Source: Anaeramoeba ignava BMAN (taxonomy: Eukaryota > Protista > Anaeramoebae). Taken from it: 64,000 nucleotides of DNA. The notes beneath the pieces were generated by a model. The model saw nothing but the letters and a program-made list of their open reading frames with translations. It did no database searches and was not told the DNA's origin. The stretch is from NCBI GenBank assembly GCA_028826165.1, contig JAPDFW010000065.1, positions 463,107 to 527,106 on the forward strand. Direction: 5' to 3'. Positions 38,211 through 50,017 of the stretch are shown here, piece by piece; the stretch's first letter is position 1, and each line of letters begins with the position of its first letter. The translations under genes and the position numbers were made by a program.

Positions 38211-39761
38211 TTAAAAAATAATGCAAGTTTTTTCATTTGAAGTTTCAATTTCTTTTTGGATTGGACTCAAACATTTTGGATTTAATTGAAAAAAATCAAC
38301 ACATTCAGATAATTCTTCATAAATTGTTTTGTTTAAACCTGTTTGGGATATCATCTGTATAAAAAAAATTAATCATTGCTCGAATAGTTTCTGTTTTAAA
38401 ATGACTATAATCATGAACAGAATTTGATTTATCTTCAGTTACAGATAAAAACATTCCTCGATATAATTCACTTCTTATTATTAACATTATTTTATGAACT
38501 TTGATTCTTTCTTTATTTGAAATGATTTCAAAATCTTTACTTTCTTCATCATTCATTATTTTTTTAAAATCATTAATTAATCCTTTTAATCCAATATCAA
38601 AAGTTGTTTGACAAACTTTGGAAAGTTTTTCTTTCAAATCTCTAAATGTTGAATAATTTGTCATACTTTGAGTTCTTCCTAAATAAACCCATTCTAATAA
38701 AGATTCTACATCTTTTTTATTATTTTGTGATAAAATTGGTTTTATTTTCTTTTGGAAAATATTATCATTTATATGTAATCTATTTTGAATAATAAATTTA
38801 TGAATTGGAATTTTGGTTTTTTTGTAATTTCCATCATAACATCCAATTTCATCATCACAAAATTCTTTTCTTTCATAAAATTTTCTCAAATCTTCAATTA
38901 TTGAAAAAGCATCTTTTTTTATATTTGATGTTGGATCAATTAAATCCCAATTATCCAAAATATCATTTGCCATTTGATTAAAAGATTCATCAACATTAAT
39001 ATTTTCTTTTGAAGAAACTTCGTAAAATTTTAATCCAAATTGATCAGCAAAATCTTGAGCTTTTTGTTTTGATATTTTTCTTTGATTTTCACATTCACAT
39101 TTTGTTCCAATTAAATATTTTATTGCAGCTGAATTTCCATTATTTTCAATTTCATCAAGGAAATCTTTAAGGAATTCAAATGAGTATTCATCAGTAATAT
39201 CATAACAAAGCATATAACCAGAAGTTCCTCTGTATAAAACTGCTAACACAATTCATATTTATTTTAATTTTAATTTTAATTTTAATTTTAATTTTAATTT
39301 TGATTTTAATTTTGATTTTGATTTTAATTTTAATTTTAATTTTAATTTTGATTTTAATTTTAATTTTAATTTTAATTTTAATTTTAATTTTAATTTTAAT
39401 TTTAATTTTAATTTTAATTTTAATTTTGATTTTAATTTTAATTTTTGAATTTAAAAGAAATGTACAAGTTCTACTTTGACGAAAACGATCTAAAAATAAA
39501 ATGGAAAAAAAATTATTAAGAAAAAAAGAATTTTTAAATCAAAAAAAAAAATATTTCAAACCCAAATAAGGATACCAAATTTGAAGTTTTATAGTTCGAT
39601 TTTGAATATAAATATTTTTTATTTTAAATTCAACTCCAATAGTAGACCCATAACTAGAATTATAAATTCCATCACAATATCTTGTAATCAAAAAGATTTT
39701 TCTTGATGAGAATGACCTATAAGTACAATTTAAAAAGAAAATCATATTCTGTATTTTGCAT
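38211..39761 (-). CDS. Rab1/8-like (pseudo)GTPase + tandem BTB fusion with CAAX (CIIF), copy 2
   Basis: MQNTEYDFLFK, STIGVEFK, KLQIW, 24-nt microexon 39466-39489, YRG, GTKCE, EVSSK, BTB cassette. After an indel near 38330 the frame ends EKTCIIF* at 38211. Confidence 0.8.
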
Positions 39762-39929
39762 TTTGATGTTTTTTTTTTTTTGCTTTTTTTAAATGAAAAA
39801 TGAAAAATGAAAAATGAAAAAACGTTTTTTCTTTTTTTAATTAATTTAAAAATTAAAAACGTTTTTCTTTTGGAATTAATTTAAAAATTAAATTAAATAA
39901 AATAATTTGTTTTCTTTTTATTGAATCAA

Positions 39930-40222
39930 ATCAAAAAGTGGAATAAAATAATTTAAATTGGAATTAAATTAAATTAAAAAGTGGAATAAAATAATTAAAT
40001 TTGGAATTAAATTAAATTAAATCAAAAATTAAAATTAAAAATTAAATATAAATCAAAAAGTGGAATAAAATAATTTGTTTTGTTTTTGAATTAAAAATGA
40101 AATCAAAAAGTGGAATAAAATAATTAAATTTGAAATTAAATTAAATTAAATCAAAAAGTGGAATAAAATAATTTGTTTTCTTTTTATTGAATCAAATCAA
40201 AAAGTGGAATAAAATAATTTTT
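39930..40222. repeat. Six copies of (TC)AAAAAGTGGAATAAAATAATT separated by ~25-55 nt AT-rich spacers
   Basis: Direct inspection; lies just 3' of the copine gene. Confidence 0.8.
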
Positions 40223-40226
40223 CATT

Positions 40227-42387
40227 TTAAAACTTCTCTGTAAAATTCAACCATTTGATCTGGAAGCTATAAATTTTAATTTTAATTTTAATTTTAATTT
40301 TAATTTTAATTTTGATTTTAATTTTTAGTTTTACCTTTTCAAACGTTTTTTTTGCAAAACCAACTGGTGAAAGATTTGGATGTGATTCATGAACTAAAAA
40401 ATTCAAAATATCTCTTTTGGGAATAATATTTTTAGCAGATTTTCTTAAATAACCATAATCTAAGTTAAGAATTGTTTTAAAAAAATCACGGTGATGATTT
40501 TTTCCATGTTCTTCAATAATTCTTTTTCCCATCTAATTTTTAAATAATTAAATAATTGAATTTTTGGATTTTTAAATAATTGAATTTTTGGATTTTTAAA
40601 TTTTTGAATTTTTACAAGAATAAAAATAATTGAAACTGGTAAATAAGACATCTCGTAAACTTTTCTTTGTAAAAGTTTTGCTTCTTCCATATTTCCTCTC
40701 AAAAAAATAACCAAAACATGATATTTAGAAGTATCTTTTGCAACTTTTGAAATATTATCTTTAATTTGTTGAATAAGTGGAACAATATTACGACATTCAA
40801 CTCTTTTAAATTTTGATTTTGATTTTGGATTTTGATTTAATTTTGATTTTCATTTGGATTTTGATTTAATTTTAATTTTAATATTGATTTTGATTTTGAT
40901 TTTAATTTTGATTTTAATTTACTGTTTGAATTTTTTGTTTGATAATAATTTCTCATATTCTGTCATAATTGTATCAACTCCAGAAATTCCAGGATTATCA
41001 GGATTTCCATTCAAAGGAAAACAATATTGATTTAAACGCTGAAATTTTCCACCAAAACCATAAGTAAAAATTGGAGTATCACCAAGCCAATTCTCAGACA
41101 TATAAAGACAATTTCGAATAGCATTCTGATAAATACTTCTTTCGTGTGTTTTTGGATTGATATAATGCAAAGATTTTTTCTTTCTCCTTCCTTTATTTGA
41201 ACTTGAAAAATCAATAGCAACATGCAAAGTGATTGAATGATCAGTTCGAAGTAAAGAATCAAAAGTGGGTTCATTCAAAATCATTGAGTTTAAGATATGT
41301 AATACACCCGAGTTCTGGTATTTCTTCTTGTTCTGGTTCTTTGGGTTAATGAGACTCAAATCAATTTTTGGATTTCGAATCAATTCTGAAAATAAAATTT
41401 CATTTTCACCAATAAAATCGGGCTTCCCTGATTTGTTCCAGTCATAGCACTCAATTCTAAGTGCCTCGGGCGGATCACCTCCGAGAAAAGAATGTATTCT
41501 GATCGAAACAGGCACCCAAACAGGATCTAGTGTTTTCATATAAGTTTCTGTTCGATGAACAGGAAACCAATCAGGATTATCAACTCCTTTTGAATAAAAA
41601 ACTAAATATGGATCACTTTTCCCGAAAACATCTTTTTTATCCAATTTACTCGCTGATATACTCATGTTTAATGACGCACCCTCGTTTTTTACATACCACC
41701 CTCGCACTGTGCAAATTGCTGGTGGTTCTTTTGAATATTCTTTTTTTTGCACTATTTGCTTTTTTAATGTCAAATCTGGTTTTTGGAAAATTTCATATAA
41801 TTTAAACTCAATTGACCCATAATAAACTTGTTCTGCTAGTGATTGTGAATCAGAATGAACACTATATACTTGAACAGTCATGCTTTGATTTTGTTCAATA
41901 TCAAAAATGATCTTTTTAAATTGGGGGAAAAAAAGCAAAAAAAAATTTTTTTTTATTTTTAGGGAATTTTTTTTTTAATTGAAATTTTTTGGAAAATTAA
42001 AATAAATCAATACTTGAAATCTTTTCATAAATTTTGGATTTGACATTTCTAAAAATTTGATCAAAAAAAAAAAATTTATTTTTTGAATACAATTTTACCA
42101 TTTTTAAAAATGTATAAAAATCAAAATAAAAATCAAAATGAAATTTGTTTTTTTTTTTTTTAATTTTTTTTAATTACTTTTGCATGATTCAGTTCTTCCA
42201 ATTTCTTCATTATTTTGAAAAAGAACAACCATTGGATTACTTTGACTAAAAAAGAAACAAAAATAATAAATTTTTAAATGATAAAATTTTAAATTAAAAA
42301 ATAATACTTTTTCTTTTCATTTTTTGTAATATTTTCACATGATATTGCAAGAACTATTAATTTTGCTGTTGAAATAAATTGATTCAT
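40227..42387 (-). CDS. Copine-like protein (C2-C2-vWA), multi-exon
   Basis: SKLDKKDVFGKSDPYL, KTLDPVW, CYDWNKSGKPDFIG, VAIDFSSSN, SLHYI, YGFGG, CFPLNGNPDNP; start MNQFIST at 42387. Confidence 0.85.
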
Positions 42388-42462
42388 AATAAAAATAATA
42401 AAAATAATAAGATAAAAAAAAAGAGAAAAATGAAAAAATTTTTTCCATTTTTTTTTTAATAA

Positions 42463-42540
42463 TTTATTCTTCTTAATTTTCAAATAATCACAATCAAAAT
42501 AGATTTTAAGTGAAAATTTTCATTTATCAAGAAAAATAAT
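42463..42540 (-). promoter_or_regulatory. Eukaryotic type II SECIS element in the selenoprotein 3' UTR
   Basis: Minus strand: TTATTTTTCTTGAT-AA-ATGAA-AATTTTCAC-TT-AAA-ATC-TATTTT-GAT-T-GTGATTATT-TGAA-AATTAAGAAGAATAA, giving helix I, an AUGA/GA core, helix II, unpaired AAA 11 nt above the core and an apical mini-stem. Confidence 0.75.
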
Positions 42541-42584
42541 TTCTAAAAAAAAAATAATAAGAATGAATTTAATTATAATTATAA

Positions 42585-42989
42585 TTAAATTTTTCGTTCT
42601 CTTTCTTGAATATCTTCTAAAGTTGGTAATTTTTTTTCTTTAAAATAAGACCATAAATATTTTCCATTTCCAAGATGTACATCAAAAGTAGTTAATGGAT
42701 TAGCAGAAAAAGAATCAATAATAACTGAATATCCTTTTTTAGATAAATCATCTTTAATTCTTTTTGAAAGTCCATTTTGTCGTCATCCTTTTTATAATTG
42801 AAATATTAAATTGAAAAATTTTTTTAATTCAAATTTTTAATTGAAAAATTTTTTTTGAAATTTTTTTTTACCAGAAGTATAATGAATAAAAACATAAGGT
42901 TTTTTTGAATTTTCTGTTTCAGTTTTAATTGAAATTAGGAAAGAAAGAAAAATCAAAATGAATAATAAAAAATTTAAATTCTTTTTCAT
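42585..42989 (-). CDS. Rdx-family (SelW/SelT/SelH-like) selenoprotein with signal peptide, 106 aa, Sec at residue 41
   Basis: Exon 1 42872-42989 plus exon 2 42585-42787: MKKNLNFLLFILIFLSFLISIKTETENSKKPYVFIHYTSG-U-RQNGLSKRIKDDLSKKGYSVIIDSFSANPLTTFDVHLGNGKYLWSYFKEKKLPTLEDIQERERKI*. In-frame TGA at 42783-42785; Rdx-like FDV..GNG..LWS; downstream SECIS. Confidence 0.8.
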
Positions 42990-43261
42990 TTTGAAAAATG
43001 AAAAAAAAAAAATAAAAAAAAATAAATAAAAAAATTATAAATTACTCATTTTTTAAAATGTTTACTCATCTTTTTTAAATTTTTTTTAAAAGGTTTTTTT
43101 CTTTAATTTTAAATTAAAAATAATAAAAATGCCAATCAAATTAAATTTAAAAAGTTTATTTCAATTTTAATTTAATGTTTATTTTTGGTTTTAAATGAAT
43201 TTAAAATTTTATTTTTAGGAACTAAATTTGAAGAAGTTAAAATTTCCAAAATTTATTATTA

Positions 43262-43831
43262 TTAATTGTCATTATCCAAAGGAACATAATCAATATTTTG
43301 TTCTCTTAATTGTTGTATAATTTCTGGTGGCAATCTTCCAGTTAAACGCATTGCATAACATCCAGGAATACGATCAACTTTTTTAATAAAAAAACGAAAA
43401 AAAACGAAAAAAAAGGTTTTAAGAAATTATTTTTTTGGAATAATTTTTAACATAAATAAAACAAGATACCAAATCCTTTCCATTTTGCAACCCAACTTTC
43501 CTGGGGATTAATTAATGCAATAAGTCTAAAAAACGGATAAAAAAAATGCATTTAAAATTTGTTTTTTAAAAAGGAAGAAAATTTTTGAAAATTAATTTTT
43601 AGAATAATAAGTTGATTTTTAATAAATAAGAAAAAATATCAACCCTTCAAATGAAGGTGTAGTGCATTCGTTTATGCCTTCTTTGTTATTTTTAAGGCTT
43701 AGAAATGGACAATTTTCACATCCATCTTGATTAAATTGTTCAAATGTTTTTACTAATCCGCACGATAAACAAGCTCGTGCAGTATGTGAATTAAGTGGTA
43801 CAATTGTTTTAACTCTTTCTTCTTGTTCCAT
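43262..43831 (-). CDS. SPT4: Transcription elongation factor SPT4, 3 exons
   Basis: RACLSCGLVKTFEQFNQDGCENC, CTTPSFEG, SWVAKW, PGCYAMRLTGRLP. Confidence 0.95.
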
Positions 43832-44329
43832 TTATTGAAAAAAGAAAATGAATTTAGAATAAAAAGAAAGAAAATGAAAAAAATGAAAAAAATAAAAAAA
43901 TGAAAAAAATAAATTTTAATTTTGATTTTAATTTTGATTTCAAAATAAATTTCAAAATAAATTTTAATTTAAATTCCAAAATAAATTTTAATTTAAATTC
44001 CAAAATAAATTTTAATTTTGATTTTAATTTAAATTCCAAAATAAATTTTAATTTTTATTTCAATTTAAATTTCAAATTAAATTTCAAAATAAATTTTAAT
44101 TTAAATTTAAATTTCAAAATAAATTTCAAAATAAATTTCAAAATAAATTTTAATTTTGATTTTAATTTTGATTTCAAAATAAATTTCAAAATAAATTTTA
44201 TTTTTGATTTCAAAATAAATTTTAATTTTGATTTCAAATTAAATTTTAATTTTGATTTCAAAATAAATTTCAAATTAAATTTTAAAATAAATTTTAATTT
44301 TGATTTCAATTTGAATTCCAAATTAAATT

Positions 44330-47311
44330 TTAATTTTTGATTAAATTTTGATTTAAAATTTTTTGTGTTTCATCATCAGTTGAAAATTCAGTTGTTAATT
44401 CAAGTGTTTTTTGAGTTTTTTGAATAGCTTGAATTTGAGAAATTCTATTTAAAAACAAAGTAATATCATCAAAATTAAGAAATAAAAATTGTTTAATTTC
44501 TGTATTTCTAAAAGAAATTCCACAAATTAAATTATTCTTGAAATTAATAGAAATTTGAGTATCATGTTGAATATGTTCTGCATATCTTTTATCTAAATTA
44601 TCATAATTAACAAATATTTGTCCTTGTGAAATTTTAACAGTTCCTTCATGTTTTTTATCAATAAAAACTGGAAAATTCACATTTTCTTTTGATGGAATAA
44701 TTTGTTTACTTTTTTCTGTTAAATTCTCAAAAAATTTTGAATTTGATTCATCTTGAAGAAAGAATATAATTTCATCCTTTGGAAAAACTATTTTTTTTGT
44801 GGATTTGTTATCTTTAAAAGAAAAAATCTAAAAAAAAAAAAGTGGAACAAAAATATTCAAAAAAGAAATATTTTTAATTATTTTATGAAATGGATGTTTT
44901 ACCTTCACTTTTTGTTGAAGAGAAATTCTTTTGATGTGTTTTGGAAACACAAATGAGACTGAATATTCTCCAAAAACAATTGTTCCATGATATAAATGAT
45001 TTTTATAAGTTATAATAGTTGGATAAAATTGAAGTAATTTTTCTTGAATTTGTTTTTGATAATTTTTCAATAATTGTAATAAATCAAGAAAAAGTGAGAT
45101 TTGATTTCGATCTTTAAATTGAAGAATATAGGACTTTGATTCTGATGTAGCGAGTTTAAATAATGGAAATTTTAAATTTGAAAATTGGAAAAACTATTTA
45201 TCAAATTTTTGATTTAATTTGAATTTGAATTTGAATTTGAATTTGAATTTGAATTTGTATAATTTGAATTTATATACAGAAACTTGTGAATCAATATTAT
45301 GTATTGAAAATTGAAAATGTGGTTTAAATATAATAATTGTGGTTTTTGTAAAAGTGATTTTGTGATCAATTCTTTCCATTGTAATTGGATCAATAATAAT
45401 TTCAACATTAAAAAATGCTTGTTTAGGAATAAAACGAAATTGTTCTTGAAGAAAAATGGGTTGAATAGGTAAAAATTCGAAAATATCTTCCAAATCTAAA
45501 TCTTGAAAATTTTCAATTAATTCTTGTTCATTTTGCTGAGACTCAATTAAACTTTGTGGTTTTATAACAACTTCATGAAGTTTATTCTCTTTTTGTTGAT
45601 AAAATTTCTGTTGACTTGTTGTTTCAATTAATGGATTTGATGAATCATTTTGAAAATAATTTTCATGAAAAAAATTCAATGTTTTAATAATTAATTTATA
45701 AATTTGATTTTGATTTGAATCACATCCAATACGAATATTATTTCCATCCTTGAAAAATATTGTGAAATAATCTGAATTCGTTGAACCCAAAGCACACTTT
45801 TTTTTTAAATTTGAAATTGAATTTGAATTTGAATTTGAAAATGAATTTGATTTATTTTTGATTTTGAAAATTTTGTTACAATCATTGAATCCCAATTATA
45901 AATTTTTTTGTTATTATCCAAATAAATTGAGAAGTATTTTTTTTCAATATTAAGTTCAACTTGTTTTTTGTTATATTTTCCAAAATTTAATAAATTAACT
46001 AAAAATTTCACAGTTTCTTTTGTAAAGAATCTTGCTGACAAACAATTAATTTCTTGATTTTCTAATCGAATTAAATTTTGGATTAAATTAATAAAATAAT
46101 AAAATAATAAAATAATCATTAACTACCATTTAAAATTGTCCCATCAATTTGAAAATTATAATCAATTATATCAATATTTGGATATTTTTTATACATCAAA
46201 AAAGTTGTAAAAATTTCTGATCTTTGTGTTTCATTTCTTGTATAAAAAAGAAAACATTTATCTTGAGAAATATCTAAACGAAAAAGATTTTGTTCTTCTG
46301 TTGATAAAAAAATCTATTTTGATTTTGATTTTGATTTTGAATTTTAATTTTGATTTTGAATTTGATTTTGATTTTGATTTTAATTTTGATTTTGATTTTA
46401 ATTTTGATTTTGATTTTAATTTTGATTTTGATTTTAATTTTAATTTTGAATTTGAATTTGAATTTGATTTTGATTTTAATTTTGATTTTGATTTTGATTT
46501 TGATTTTGATTTTGATTTTGATTTTGATTTTGATTTTGATTTTGATTTTGATTTTGATTTTGATTTTAATTATTTTAATTTTAATTTTAATTATTTAAAT
46601 TTTGAATTTGAATTTGATTTTGATTTTGATTTTAAATTTGAATTTGATTTTGATTTTGAATTTTAATTTGATTTTGATTTTGAATTTTAATTTTAATTTT
46701 TATTTTGATTTTTATTTTGATTTTTATTTTGATTTTGATTTTGATTTTGAATTTTAATTTTGATTTTAATTTTGATTTTGAATTTGATTTTTATTTTTAT
46801 TTTGATTTTGATTTTGAATTTAATTTTGATTTTAATTTTAATTTTAATTTTAATTTTAATTTTGATTTTGATTTTGAATTTGATTTTGAATTTGATTTTG
46901 ATTTTGATTTTGATTTTGATTTTGATTTTGATTTTGAATTTGATTTTGATTTTGAATTTAAATTTGATTTTGAATTTGATTTTGAATTTGAATTTGATTT
47001 TAATTTTGAATTTGAATTTGATTTTGATTTTAATTTTAATTTTAATTTACTTGTAATTCTTTATAATTAAAATTTTCTTTTAATTTTTCATTATGAATTG
47101 TTATTCCTTTTTCATTCATTTCAAGAAAACAAAAAATTTGGTTATCTTTAAATTGAAGAAAAACCTGTTAATTTTTGATTTTAAAATAAAAAAAACAAAT
47201 TTTGAATTTAAATTTTTTCTTTTATTTTTTTCTTTTTTTAACTTGAAATTTTGCATTTCCAGTAATAAAATAATTTAAAACAGAATTTTCAAAAGATAAA
47301 TTAGAAATCAT
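44330..47311 (-). CDS. Unknown multi-exon protein, possibly repeated PH-like beta modules
   Basis: Series of coding-like exons linked by GT-AG introns (e.g. ~46314-47050); no recognisable motif; 3' end uncertain. Confidence 0.45.
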
Positions 47312-47413
47312 TTTCTTTTTCAAACAAAAAAAGAGAAAAAAAATGAAAAAGAAAAAAATGAAAAAAAAAGTTTTTCATTTTTTCACTTTTTATTTTTTTA
47401 ACAAAAAAACAAA

Positions 47414-48817
47414 ATGAATCAATTCAATCAATTCAATCAATTCAATCAATTGAATCAAAAACAAACTGATCTACTCAATATTTCATCAGAAGAAGAACAA
47501 CTTCTTTCAGATACAAGTTTAGAAGAAAATAGTCAAGAAAATTTAAATTTTTTAATAAATCCTTTACAATTATCAGAAGAACTTTTTAATTTAGGATTAA
47601 TTGAATCAAAAGAATCAATTAATTTTGCAAATTTTAATAAACAAATTTTAATGATCATTTTAAATTTACTTCAAAAAATTAAAGTGAGAAATGAATTAAA
47701 TTTTAATTTTAATTTTAATTTTAATTTTAATTTTAATATTAATTTTGATTTTAATTTTAATTTTAATTTAAATTTTAATTTTAATATTGATTTTAATTTT
47801 AATTTTAATTTTAATTTTAATATTAATTTTAATTTTAATTTTAATTTTAATTTTAATTTTAATTTTAATTTTAATTTTAATTTTAATTTTAATTTTAATT
47901 TTAATTTTAATTTTAATTTTAATATTAATTTTAATTTTAATTTTAATTTTAATTTAATTTTAATTTTAATTTTAATTTTAATTTTAATTTTAATTTTAAT
48001 TTTAATTTTAATTTTAATTTTAATTTTAATTTTAATTTTAATTTTAATTTTAATTTTAATTTTTAATTTTTAATTTTAATTTTAAAGCAACTTGATGTAG
48101 AAAATAGTGAATTTCAAAAACAAAAAAATCAAATTTTTGTTTTAAATCAAAAAATTTTAGAAAAAAATTCGGAAATTGAAAATCTTGTGAATGAAAATTT
48201 TCAACTTAAAAAAGAAATGAAAGAAATTCAAGATTTATTTCTTGTATAAATTTTTTATATTTAAAAAACAAGAAAAACAAAAGAAAAAATTTTATTTAAA
48301 AACAAATTTTTTTTTTCAATATTTGATTATGAATTAAAATAGAATCAAAAAAATCAAAATCAAAAAAATCAATTTAAAAATCAAAATCAAAATAAAAAAG
48401 TATTTGGAGATCAAAAGGAGAATAATCCGTTTAAATTTCTTGATAATAAAGAATCTCGTTTAAGATATTCTGATATTTATTCAGAAATTAATTTATCAAA
48501 AAAACAAAAAGATTTTTTTGATAAAGAAAAAGAATTAATTGTAGATTTGAATAAGAAAATGAAAAATAGAAAAAGTTTTATTGATGAAAATGATTTAATT
48601 GATGAAGATTCTGAAGAAAATGAAAATGAAAATGAAAATGAAAATGAAAATGAAAATCAAAATGAAAATCAAAATCGAAAATCAAAATCAAAATGAAAAT
48701 ATTTTTATGGATTCAATTTTAGAAAAAGTTAAACAAATTGAAAATCGTGCAAGAAGAAGAAGTAGATTATTATTTTTAGCAAGAAAAAGCTTACCATCTT
48801 CTCCAAAAAATCAATAA
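47414..48817 (+). CDS. Unknown coiled-coil protein with introns
   Basis: ATG after TTTCATTTT motifs; intron GTGAGA(47684)...AAAG(~48087) filled with (TTTTAA)n; ends LPSSPKNQ*. Confidence 0.5.
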
Positions 48818-48859
48818 ATAATCTAAAAAACAAAATCAATTAAATCAAACATTTTAATT

Positions 48860-49830
48860 CCAGAATAAATTTAATAAAATAAAATGGAATAAATTTAATA
48901 AAATAAAATGAAATAAATTTAATAAAATAAAATGAAATAAATTTAATAAAATAAAATGAAATAAATTTAATAAAATAAAATGAAATAAATTTAATAAAAT
49001 AAAATGGAATAAATTTAATAAAATAAAATGAAATAAATTTAATAAAATAAAATGGAATAAATTTAATAAAAATAAATTGAAATAAATTTAATAAAAATAA
49101 AAATGAAATAAATTTAATAAAAAGAAAAATTGATTAAATTAAATTTAATAAATTAAAAATGGAATAAATTTAATAAAATAAAATGAAATAAATTTAATAA
49201 AAATAAAATTAAAATTTAATAAAATAAATGAAAAATAAAATTGGAATAAATTTAATAAAATAAAATGAAATAAATTTAATAAAATAAAAATGGAATAAAT
49301 TTAATAAAATAAATTGAAATAAATTTAATAAAATAAAATGAAATAAATTTAATAAAAATAAAATGGAATAAATTTAATAAAATGAAAAAATGGAATAAAT
49401 TTAATAAAATAAAATGGAATAAATTTAATAAAATAAAAATGAAATAAATTTAATAAAAATAAAATGAAATAAATTTAATAAAATTAAAATGGAATAAATT
49501 TAATAAAATAAATTGAAATAAATTTAATAAAATAAAATGAAATAAATTTAATAAAATAAAATGAAATAAATTTAATAAAATAAAATGGAATAAATTTAAT
49601 AAAATAAATTGAATAAATTTAATAAAATAAAATGGAATAAATTTAATAAAATTAATTGGAATAAATTTAATAAAATAAATTGAAATAAATTTAATAAAAT
49701 AAATTGAAATAAATTTAATAAAGAAGAATTGATTAAATTTAATAAAGAAGAATTGATTAAATTTAATAAAATAAAATGGATTAAAATTAATAAAGAAGAA
49801 TTGATTAAATTTAATAAAGAAAAGTTGATT
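48860..49830. repeat. Intergenic ~24-bp minisatellite (GAAATAAATTTAATAAAATAAAAT)
   Basis: Direct inspection. Confidence 0.85.
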
Positions 49831-50017
49831 AAATATTGATTACGTGTTAAAAAAAAATAAAAAAAAATTTTTTTTTTTAAATTAAAAAATTTCATTTTTC
49901 ATTTTTTTTTGTTGTTTGTTTTCAAAAATATTTTTATTATTTTAGCGAATTTTGTTATTAAAAAACAAAAAAAATAAGATTTTCTAAGCAAAAAAAAAAG
50001 CAAAAAAGAAAAAAGAA

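Noticed and set aside
39566-39576. GTATCCTT resembling a U12-type 5' splice site in Rab-BTB copy 2
   Set aside because: Splicing there to the next AG creates an in-frame TGA; the downstream GTTTGA donor keeps the frame and matches the paralog.
39930-40222. CRISPR-like repeat-spacer appearance
   Set aside because: Eukaryotic context, spacers are low-complexity and similar to each other, and there are no cas genes.
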